Assembly: GCA_016748015.1 (NCBI GenBank)
Contig: JAAOMT010000570.1
Coordinates: 438,043 to 502,042 of the forward strand
DNA from: Geosiphon pyriformis uo1
Lineage: Eukaryota; Fungi; Glomeromycota
Direction of reading: 5' to 3'
DNA length: 64,000 bases
Under the pieces are notes generated by a model that saw only the letters and a program-made list of their open reading frames with translations, made no database searches and was not told the DNA's origin. Shown here piece by piece: positions 11,167 to 22,300 of the stretch (the stretch's first letter is position 1; every line of letters starts with the position of its first letter). The position numbers and the translations under genes were made by a program.

Positions 11167-13850
11167 TCACTGAATGATAAGTCTAGATAGAGCATCAGTG
11201 TTTTGATGATTTGCTTCTTTGTAATGTTGAATATCATAGTCAAATTCATCTAATTAGAGTATCCAGCAAGTTATTTGTTTGTGTTCCAGCTTCTTTTTAT
11301 TGTGCAGCCAAACCAAGGCTTGATGATCTGTTACCACTAAGAATTTTGCACCAAGAAGATATTGATCCCAATAACTAGTAGCCCAAACTACTACTAAGCA
11401 TTCTTGTTCAGTAACTGAATAGTTCTTTTCTGCTGATGTAAGGGATCTACTGGCATATGCTATGGCATGTTCTCTGCTATTTTCATCTTTCTGTAAAAGG
11501 ACAGCACCAAGTTCATAACCAGATATATCAGTGTAGAGGATAAAAAGTTGGTCCAGATTAGGTTGTTTGAGAATTGGTTCAGTAACAAGTTTTTCCTTTA
11601 GAAATTCAAAAGCTTTTTGTTGATGAATGCCCCAATGATAATTGACATTTTTTCTGAGTAGCTGGTTGAGAGGAAAGGCAATTTTGAAAAAATCCTTGAT
11701 AAATTTGCGATAGTGAGAGACCAAACCAAAGAAAAAGCATAGTTTAGAAACATTCATTGGTTGTCTAATGTTATAGACTTTTTCAACTTTAGCTAAGTCA
11801 GGGAAGATTCCATCTTTTATAATAAGATGACTAAAGAACTGGGTAGATAGTCATCCAAAAAAAGATTTGATTGGGTTGATATTAAGGCCAGCATTTCTGA
11901 GCAGGCTAAAAACCTTCTGTAAATGTTCAAGGTGTTCATCCCAGGTTTTTGAATATACTATTATGTCGTCCAAGTAAACCAGAACAAAGTTTTTTTTTAC
12001 TGATTCAAACACTTTATCCATTAGGCATTGAAAGGTGAGAGGAGTATTGATGAGACCAAAAGACATGACTGTGAATTCATAGATGCCATATATGGTAATA
12101 AAGGCAGTTTTCTTTCTGCTTTCTGGATCCATCTCTACTTGTCAGAATTCAGCAGTTAAATCAATGGTTGAGAAAAAAGCAGCACCATTAAATTTATTTA
12201 GCATTGCATCAATTTTGGGGAGTGGATATATGTCTCTTATAGTAATGGCATTTAGTTGGCAGTAGTCAACACAGAAGCATAGGGTTCCATCTTTCTTGAA
12301 TATTACTACAACTGAGAAAGCCTATTTACTCTTGGTTTTTTGTATGAATCCAAGATCTTTCATCTAAGTTATCTCTTTCTTAATAAACTTATCATTGTGT
12401 CGATTAGATTAATAAGGCTTTAAATGGATGGGATGTGTTTCTTTTATGGTGATGGTATGTTGTATTACATGGGTTTGTCCAGGGGTGTTACTTTCTTTTG
12501 AAATAACTGGGCTATTTCTAGCCAACAGATTTTCAATGTCTATTTTTTTTTCTTTAGGAGAAGGTTCTCTTTGTTTTACAACTAGTAATTGGATTTCAGG
12601 TGGTTCATTCTCAAAAGACTTTTGTACTTCTTTAAGTTTTTCTCGAGGTATCAAGCTAATTGGTTCCCAATCTTTGTAATAAATTAGGCAGGATTTGCAT
12701 TCATTACTTGGTGAATACAAAGGTTTATTACACCAGCACCATGTACAAGAGTCATGCCACTAATAACTGTATTTTGCTTTCTTGCTAGGTTTTCTGTCAA
12801 AAGTTCTTTTGAGGATATCATAGTAAGGCCAGCAGATCAGCTTGCCATTTATCATGATTCCTTTTTTGTTAGCTTTAACATTATCCAATGGTTTGCCATT
12901 GCTGGTAAAGATAGTATAAGCAAGTTTAGCAGTTTCTTCTGGTTCTTTTTGATCTTTATTATTGCTTTCATCATCATCTGATTCATCTGATTGTTCTTTT
13001 TCTTGGTTCTGTTTGGTTGCTGGAAAAGTTGTCCAATGATGGCATTTAACTACAATGGGTTTTTTACCACATTTGATGGTTAGCTTGCAAAGTTCATAGT
13101 CAAGTAGTGTTTTGGTTTTCTTAAGCCATTCATTACCAACAATGATGGTGTACTCTTTTGCTTCAGATACTTCCATATCTGTTTCAATGCTGATACTATT
13201 GATGCAGACAGGAATAGCTTTGGCTATGCTCAGGCCTTTCTTCTTGTCACCATGTACATTGGTTATTGGTCTTGTGGAAAGCTCATCTATTTTTTTGCCA
13301 ATTGCTTCAAGAAAATGTTTGGCAATTACACTAACAAATGATCCACTGTTTAGGATCAGATCAATGAAATAACCAGCCACTTGGGCTTTACAAATCAGAG
13401 GGGTGACATTGCTGTTATCAGCAATTCCAGCTTGGCGAGAGTGTTTGTTGGTCTTTGGTGTCTTTTTCTTTAGTATCAATAATTTGTGAAAATCTTTTCT
13501 GTGAATGAGTCATTAGTTGGCCAAATGTAATATGTGCTGAGGTTTTCATAAGATCTTTAACAACAGAATAGGTCCAGATTTTTGTATAATTTTTGGGGGT
13601 TTCAACTTTGGAGGATTTTTAAAAATCTTAGCTTTTGGTGGCTTATTGTTATTAGCAGATGATTTGGATGTTTTGTTTGGGTCCAAGACAAAATCAACTT
13701 TGGCTTTCTTCTTCTTTCTGGTTGATTCAGAAGTGTTGATTGCTAGTTCATCCATATCATGATCATCATCAGTTAAATTAAAAGTGAAAAAGGGGTTTTC
13801 TTCTGGTTGGCTTGTACTCTCACCCTTTAGAGGTGTACCTACTAGTTTAA
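11167..13850 (-). pseudogene. A3 protease-RT-RNase H (degenerate)
   Basis: LILNSGS (decayed DSG aspartic protease), YLDDI and AIAYASRSL. Confidence 0.9.
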
Positions 13851-13853
13851 AGG

Positions 13854-15392
13854 CTAATAAACAGTGGCTTCAACTAGGGGATCCTCTCCAAAGAAATTGA
13901 TGTTGGCATGATCTGGTCTTTGGTTGGGAATATTATTGTTGGTGGTTCTATTGTTTTGATTGTCATTGTTTCTAGGAGCTGGAGGGGACAATAGAGAATT
14001 GTTGTAGTCTCTTGAGAAGTGTCCAGTTAGTCCACAGCAATAGCACACAAGTGGGCCACAATTTTGCTGTCTTTGATATAGTGGTTGTTGAGACTAATTG
14101 AAGCAGGGTTCAAATCTGGGTCTTTGGGATTGTTGATTCTCTCTAACTGCTTGGGCCAAAGATTCTAATAGCTAGGCAAGATTTGCTGTAAGTTTATCTA
14201 TTAAATTTTCATTTGGATTTTGAGTTTGGGCAGCAAAAGAGGTAGCAGCCATTTGTGAAGCAGGAACCATAATAGTAGCAGAAGCAAAAACTGGTAATAT
14301 AGATCCCAAGTGCATCCTTTGGTTGTCTTTAATTTATTGGGCAAGTTCAATGGCCATGTCCATTTTTGGGTTGTCTTTTAAAGCCAAGAGAGACCAAAGA
14401 GCATATGATAGATCAGTTCTTAATCTTTTTGTGAAAGAATGGATCTTTTGCTCTTCTGTTCAGTTTCTCCCAAAATCTACTTGTTTGATTAGCTTTCTGA
14501 TAGCTTTGGCATATTCAGTCATTATTTTTTCAGGGCCTTGGGTTCTTCTTTCTAGTTCCATGCACCATTTGAATATTAATATTGGGGTTCTGAATTTTGT
14601 TTTAAACTGGGTAGTAAAAGAGGTGTTGTCTTTTCCAGCATTTGCTGGTGCCCATCTAATGATTCTTTGTTGAGCATTGGCATTGGTTTCTTGTAAGAAC
14701 CAAGTAGCAAGAGAGCCTTGGAGGTAGCCACCAATGATTTGGAACTTGTATTTGTTATCATATTGGTTTGCTGTGGCAGCTCTCTTAAAATCATCCAGCC
14801 ATTCAATTTGATCTTGGGCATCACCTCTGAATAATAGTAATAGAGTGTTGTTTCTTTGCTCTAAAGTAATCTGTATACCTTGGAGGGCGATTAGAATGTT
14901 TTGTTGTAGAGGGTTTTAAGCCATTGGTTCAGGTGTAACTGTTTGTGTAGAGTGTTCTGATTCACTTGAAAAGAGATCAAAAACAAGAGCAGTTTGATAG
15001 CTTTCTTCTTTTGTTTCAAGAGAAGTTTCAGTTGATTGATAGGCAGCAATCCAAATGTGGATTTGATGATTCAGATATTCAAAATCAGGGGGCTGTTGTT
15101 CAAAGATTGTTGAGTATAAAAGTTGATTAATGCTGTTGTTTCTTTCTTCAAAATTGTCTTCAAAATAAGCTTGGTCAAAGTAATAAGTTATATAAGCTGT
15201 GTTGGTTTCAGCTGAATGCTTATTCAGGAACCAGTTCTAAAAGTTTTGGAATTGTCTGCTAGATTGTTTTTCAATGGGAAAGCAAATCAAACAGGAGAAC
15301 AAAGGTTTGAGTTCAATAAAGTCTAGATCGTTTTTGTTGTGTGCTTCAAAGTGTTTTTCTGATTGTTGTGACAGATATGAATAATCACCCAT
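13854..15392 (-). pseudogene. A3 gag (degenerate) with CCHC knuckle
   Basis: CYCCGLTGHFSRDY knuckle remnant; homologous to A2 and A4 gag. Confidence 0.88.
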
Positions 15393-17563
15393 ACAATAGA
15401 AAACAAAGTGGATTTTGACAATCTCACAGAGAGCACCACTTTTATGTTACGGATTGGAGTAACAAGCTAATGGATAGCAAGGAAGAACAAGATTGTAGGG
15501 TGATGAAAGGAATCAAAGGGAATTCAACTTTAAAGAGTGAATTAAATAAGTATGAATTTAATGTGTGAGATCAGTCTCATAAAATATCTTAGTTGCTATA
15601 CTTTTCAAAGAATAACTGGGGAATCTGAAGGTAGAGGGATAGTTTATACTGTTAACAAATGATCATGCCTGGTATAATTCTATGCCTTATATCAGTGCTC
15701 TTAGAATTCAATATCAGGTATCAGATGTACTTTTCAGTCACATTTTATTCAATAATTTTCAAATACTGCAATTACACATTTCAGGAAAAGGGTAAAAAAT
15801 AACTAACAAGTGATTTTTTATCTTTAAGATGTTCAGATACTTGAAAGTAGAAAAAAGAAATTTAATGATAAGAGAGAGATTGAGATGAAAGTTGTTATTT
15901 TATTTATTTGATTTCCTTGATTTCTTCATGCTTTTCTATAACTAAGAGCTTCATCACTTATATAGCTGTCAAAAGTGGTCAATAATTAGATCAATGACTA
16001 GATCAATGATCAGGTCAATGATCAGGTCAATAATCATGTTATTGATTAGGTCAATGATCAGGTCAATAATTAGGTCAATGGTCAGGTCATTGATCAGGTC
16101 AATAATCACTTACTAAAAATAGAGTGGCTAATTTATGTAACATTAGTGGCTAATACATGTAATAATTAATAAGAAGTATAAGTTTCAACCATAACAATAT
16201 CAAAACTGCTCTTGGCATTTTTGGTGTTGTTACTTCTGTTAAGTTGAAGCCTGCTGGCTTATGGCAATATGCTGTGGTTAATTTTAAGAACATTTTTTCT
16301 GCTGCTGCTGCTCTCTCTAACTGGTCTGTATTGGTCAGAAAAAATAGTGTTAGGATTTTTCTTATCACCAACCAAAAGGAAATTATCTTCTCAAGAAATA
16401 CATTCAAAGCTAAGTTGGTTAATCTTCTATTTGGCTGTATTGCTTTTGAGATAAGTGATTTGGTCTTTCAAGTTGGTGGCCATACATGTTTCATTCCTCG
16501 CTTCCCTGAATCTTATTATTGTTAACACTTTGCTGTGGTTACCTTTGATTCTTTGAAATCTCTGAATGTTGCTGTGTCAAAAACTGGTATCTTGTATGGT
16601 TGTCACATCTGGTGGAAAACTTTTGGGTGTTGTCACTGCTACAGGTGTTAAGACTTGAATTATTTAGCTGTAAACTGTAAGAAGTTGCCTCCTCCTCCAC
16701 CTAAACTTCTTTCCAACACCTTTGGTGGCCCCAAAAATTTCAAACCTTCATTTGTTGGATCTAAATCTTATGCTAAGACTGCTGTTTTTGTGGTTCCTCT
16801 TAGTGCTGCTACTGCTAATATGGACTTGGATCTTGGTGGTCCTCCCAAAACTGTGACACCCATGTGCCTGCTGTCTCTTCTGTTTCCAATTCTGCTGTTG
16901 AATCTAAATTGGCTTCTTTTGAATTCTACCTTAGTGAACTATCTGTGTTGATAAAATCCTTAGTTAAATCTGTCGGTGCTCTGGTTGCATTGGTTATCAA
17001 ATTGCTGTCTACTCCATCTGCTGTAGATGTGTCAGTTAAAGAATGTGTGGATAAATTGGCTAAGCAAAACAAAAACTTGGCTGCTGTTGCCATTATAATA
17101 CAGAAAAGAATGACATGTCTTGAGAAAATATGTGAATGGACCTGCTTGGAGGATGAATCAGATGGTGATGACATGGTTGATAATGTTGATGATAATGATG
17201 ATGAAATTAAAGACTTTTCAGTTTATGATAATACCTTTGATGTTATAATACATCTATGAGAAGATCAGCCTTTCAGAATCAAATTCAGTCCTAATCAGAC
17301 TGCTAAGTGGATGAGTGGTATGGTTAAGAATAGTCATGAACTTGTTAGTATTATGGGTAAGATGTATGAATTAGATATGTTTGATATATTAGATAGCAAA
17401 GATAGTACTAGCATGTAGTTAGGACTTTCCACTTGTAGTTAGCTACATCTTGTAATTTTTGTATTATTGGGTAAACTGGCTTTGTGAAATTACCATATTA
17501 CTGTGACTTAACTAATAAATGACCAGCATGGCTACACATTAACATAAAAAAAAAAAAAAAAAA

Positions 17564-18201
17564 TGGGTACCAATCATTAAATAAATTCTGACTGCATTCT
17601 TCTTAATCATAGTTGACCATTGGTTCACAGCTCTGGTTGCCTCTTCTTGGTTGTTGTATTCAATTACTACTAATTGCCATTTTTCAGCCACTTTGATTTG
17701 AACATTTTTAATCTTACCAAATTCTTTCATGGTAGCTTTTACTTCTCTGTCTGAAATGCCTAAAGAGATATCTCTCACTAGGACTTTTTTTTAACTAGCC
17801 ACCTAATTGGTAATGCCATTAGTAGCTATCAAAAAGGATTTAATTTTTTTTCCTGCCAGGATTTTTCTGGCTTGATCTCTCCCTGCTACTTAGAAAAAAT
17901 CCATTCAGATTTTCTGGTTTCTCACCATCATAGCTCTTAAGAGGTAGCTAACATCTTCCAAAAGGTTGTAAATCCATCCTACTTTTTTTCCTATTACCTT
18001 TTCTGGTATATCCAATACCTATACAAAGAGCACATGTTTTTTGGTTCCATGTATTACAGTCTTCCATTTTTTCTCATGGTTTGGTTTTATAAGCATGAGT
18101 TTTTTGTTAAGTGTTTTGCTGCTATATTGCTCTGAATCTGGACTTCTCATTCTGCTTAACATGCCCAATTTAAAGTCTTCCATGTTTTCTGCATTGTCAT
18201 C
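17564..18201 (-). pseudogene. LINE-like L-b ORF1, N-terminal part
   Basis: RRM-like RDISLGISDREVKATMKEFGKIKNVQIK...VVIEY. Joins 7414 via the duplicated target. Confidence 0.75.
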
Positions 18202-19338
18202 TTTTTTTTTTGTTAATATGTAGCCATACTGGTTTTTTATTAATTTAGCCACACTCAAAAAGCATAACTTTTTTATAAAGCCAACTCACCCAATAAACTA
18301 AATTACAAGATATGGCTAACCACTAAGCAGTTATGTCCAACTACATGCTAGTATAACCAAAAAATTTATAAGGTATCCCACTGTTATGGTTTAAGAATTT
18401 AGTAAAAAAATCATAAAAATAATACAAACTATTCAATCATAATATAGTGCAGTAATAATCTTAGAAAGGTAATAATTAACATAGTAGCAAACACCATCTC
18501 GTGATAGTGGCAAACACCAGTTCACAATAGCAGCTAACACCAACTGGTAATAGCAGCAAACACCAGGTTGAAATATCAAAAAGAAAGTATTACAATGTGT
18601 TTTCTTATAGAACTACAAACATGTATATATACAGTAGCTTTAATATTGGGAAAAGACAATCAAGTAATAAAAATCATAATTTATCAAGCAATAGATCCAA
18701 TTTTATCCAACAAACTCCACTTTAAATCGTACTTTTAAATTAAATATTCTAAGAAACCTTTAAATCAAAAAAAAATGAAAAAAATATATTTAAAACTGAA
18801 TTATCACAACCCAAAGTATTAAGAAACTTACTTGTATTATTTATTAAATGAAACTATCATTCATCAGCTGAATCTTTTGAAAGAATAATCCTTGATCAAA
18901 ATTATTTACGTTGTTACTAATTGATAAAAGCTTTATTGTAAGAATTAAGAAAAGCACTAAAGACAATTAATATTCTGTGTTTCTAAATTAGAGAAACACA
19001 TCAGGCAATTGCAAGGATAGTCTCAGAGAAGACCCCAAACAGTGGGTAGATTTCAGTTTAGCCTCTGAGAAGGAATACATAAACACACACAACAATTAAG
19101 AATTGAGAAATAACTTACATCGTGACATTAAAAAGAAAGCCTTCAGTATAACAGTGCCATTATTACACAAATAGAATTAAAAAACTCACGAAAGACTGAT
19201 TGCAATTAAAACAGGATATCGGCAATTAAATATAACAAGAAGACCATTTCGTAACATTTGGTGAACTCTATGAGGAAAGAAAATCAAAAAGAAAATAATA
19301 ATTAGCAATAATTCATTGCTAAAAAGGAAGAGACAAAA

Positions 19339-22300
19339 GTGGCAACAAAAACCTCTAACCTTACTGTTCTTGAATTCTGCCATGCTATTTACACACAAAA
19401 TCAAAGTAATCTTGGATTACCAGAAGAGTGTTGTCCAGCAGAATCTGCCCTTACTTATTATATCAATGCCAGAATAAATTATCATATAGGAAAGGAAGAA
19501 GAACCACATGATACAAAACTTGGATTGTATAAAGAATTATCACAATACATTATAAAAGAAGTAGCAGTAATAGCCACAATTATTGTCAAAATCCATCAAG
19601 AAATTGAGCAATATGCCAACAAAAATTTTCCAATATCCACAGAAAACACTAGGAAATGCACCAACAAAACCAAAGAAAATTCAGAAACTAATCAGGAAAG
19701 TAACCAGCAAAAACTAGGAACATCTGCTCAAACACCAAAAAAAACTGTCACTTAATCAATAAAAAAACAATGTATTTATTCACCAGAAGATAAATCATAC
19801 CATTTTTCACTAGAAAATAAGATACAAATTCCATTAGGAGCTGCATCATCATCAACATCAACTTTACAAATGCCAAAAACTCCTAGTTATACTAATAAAA
19901 TTAAACAACGTAACTGGGGAGACATATCAATTATAGGAGGATATTCATCACTATTCCAAAATCCTTTTTTTCAGCCAAAATTTGGAACAGGGTTTGAAAA
20001 CTGTGAAGAGAAGTCTGAATTGGAATCTGAAAAAGAGACCAGTGAAAAAACAATCACAAGACCAGTCACTGGAACAAGCAGCCAATCCAGAAACCAAAAA
20101 ACTCGTAATCAAGAAGAAAAACCAGATATAAAGGAAGCCATCTTCAGGAATGCTCAAGAAAATATCATCCCACCTTCTCTTAGACCAATAAGCCCATTAG
20201 TAGAAAACGGCAATGAAATGGCCACACCATACATTGCAAGACTAACAGATTTTTCAGGAGAGGAAGAAGAAATGGATGTGCACACATGGCTCAGAAAAGC
20301 ACAAAAAGCCATCCAGGCAAATAACTGAAATGACCAAAGAGCAATTCAAACATTATCTTTCTTTCTGAAAGACACAGCCAACTTGTGGTATCAAAGCATG
20401 GAAACAAAACCCACAAGCTTCGCCGAATTTAAAAATGCACTTCTGGAGTATTTTAGCAACCCAAATACTGTAATCCAACTACAGAATGAATTCAATACTA
20501 TCAAGCAAAATACTGGTGAAACTGTCACCTAATACTTTGCTCAATTCAATCGAATTCGCCATCAAATTGAAGTGATTGAACAAAGATACTACACTGATCC
20601 TCAGGTTTTAAATCAGTTTATTAGAGGATTAAAAAACAGCATTTTAGGAAGAATATGCCCTGCCCACCCTAATTCCTTACCAGAAGCTGTTACACTCGCC
20701 AAAGCCCTTGAATCGGCTGAGAAAAAAGCTAACCATAGTCAAATAGTTAACATGGTAATAGAAAAAAATAAGACAGAAACATTAGAAAAAAGAGTAACAC
20801 AATTAGGGAAGGAACTCCCTAAGAAAATAGAAAGTTACCTCATCCCGGATCCAAGAAATACATACCAACCACCCCAAAAATGCAGCCAGGAAGTCAGCAA
20901 CAGTCAAAATAATCACTCGTCGCGCCAAAAATTCAAAACAGAAACGTGCACCTGCCATTTTTGCAAATGCATAGAACATTTGATTAGTCAATGTCGAATA
21001 CGAATGATGTAGGAAGCATGTGAAAATAATTACTACACACCACCCCAAATGCCCAGAAACTAGTACATGCCAATACCACATCAATATCCCACCACATATC
21101 AAAATCAAGGAACTTACCAGTAACAGCCCATAATAACCAATCTGTATTGGCATTCTGAGGCCCAAAATCAGCCCATGTGAAACCAAAACACATTGGTCCA
21201 AAGGAATCCAAACTGTGCTGGAACCAATCAGCAAACCAATCTAAACTACCAAAATTATTAACAAACTTACCTTAATATACTGGAAAATCCAATCATCAGA
21301 AACAATAATGGTAGAAACATAAACAGAACCAAAAATTCCTTCAACAAATTGAGCCAGACAATACCACCAGCAGTTGCCACCAAAGATAGCAGCCTTGCAG
21401 CTATTTTTCTTTTTGAATTAGAGAAAAACAAGGCTATGTTCAGTGGAGCAGTATTGAATAAAAAATGCCCAATCACTGCTATGTATATGAAAGCCACTGT
21501 AAACAATACCCCAATCAAACTTATCTTAAATAGTGGATTTGCTGGAAGCATCATAATGCTTCAACTAGTAAACCAACTAGGTTTCAAAGTTAATTGTGCC
21601 ATGATGTTTCAAATTATAACAGTCAATAGAAGTACAAAGCTGCCTCATGGCAAAATCGACTCATTCTCTTTTGAAATTAATGGCATAGTGATACCTGCAA
21701 AAGTGTTAGTAATGGATGCTACACAATATCAAGTGTTAGTAGAGAATAACTGGTTAACAAAAGCCAATGCCACCCTAAACTGGACCACCCAAGAGCTTCT
21801 GATCAATTATAATGGCCACCAGGCCAGAATTCTAGCCACCTGTGGCCACTTCCAAAAACCCAGTGCCAACCAAAGACCTACCTTCGAATTTGAGGAAAAT
21901 CCAGTACTACCAGCCATTGAAACCTATCAGCTCTTTTGGACTGATGACCAAAGAACAGGACTACTAGCCATACCAACATGGACCAGTAAAGAAAGATCTG
22001 AATAGAACCAAGGTAAGTCCATGAAGAAACCACCAGCAATGCAGACCAAAGCTAGAATGCTCGGTTTGCAAGAAAAAACTCTCGTCTATGACTGCATGCA
22101 GTGCACCAGATGAAGACCCAAGAAACCCCACCCACTACTATTATAACTATTATAACAAAGAAAAATACAATTACCTAGAAAGACATGGAAAATAGAACAA
22201 GGAATCATGCCTTGCTTGTGGAGAACTATTACCAAGAAGGTGCGACTGGAACGACATACCAGGCAGAGGAAGAACATGTAATGCAACTTGCCAATACACG

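Larger units (their letters stand above)
8498..16196 (-). mobile_element. Family A copy A3, full length (7.7 kb)
   Basis: 5' LTR 15445-16196 and 3' LTR 8498-9165; TSD ATAT at 8494-8497 and 16197-16200; order gag, PR, RT, RH, IN, ORF3. Confidence 0.96.
7415..17563 (+). mobile_element. ORF1-only non-LTR retroposon L-a (~2.45 kb net; interrupted by Gypsy A3)
   Basis: 16-bp TSD TGGGTACCAAT(T/C)ATTA at 7399-7414 and 17564-17579; A18 tail at 17546-17563. One decayed ORF runs from ATG 7448 to TAG 17418 with RRM-like segments and a CCHC-like remnant (~16630-16680). No RT or endonuclease. Confidence 0.85.
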
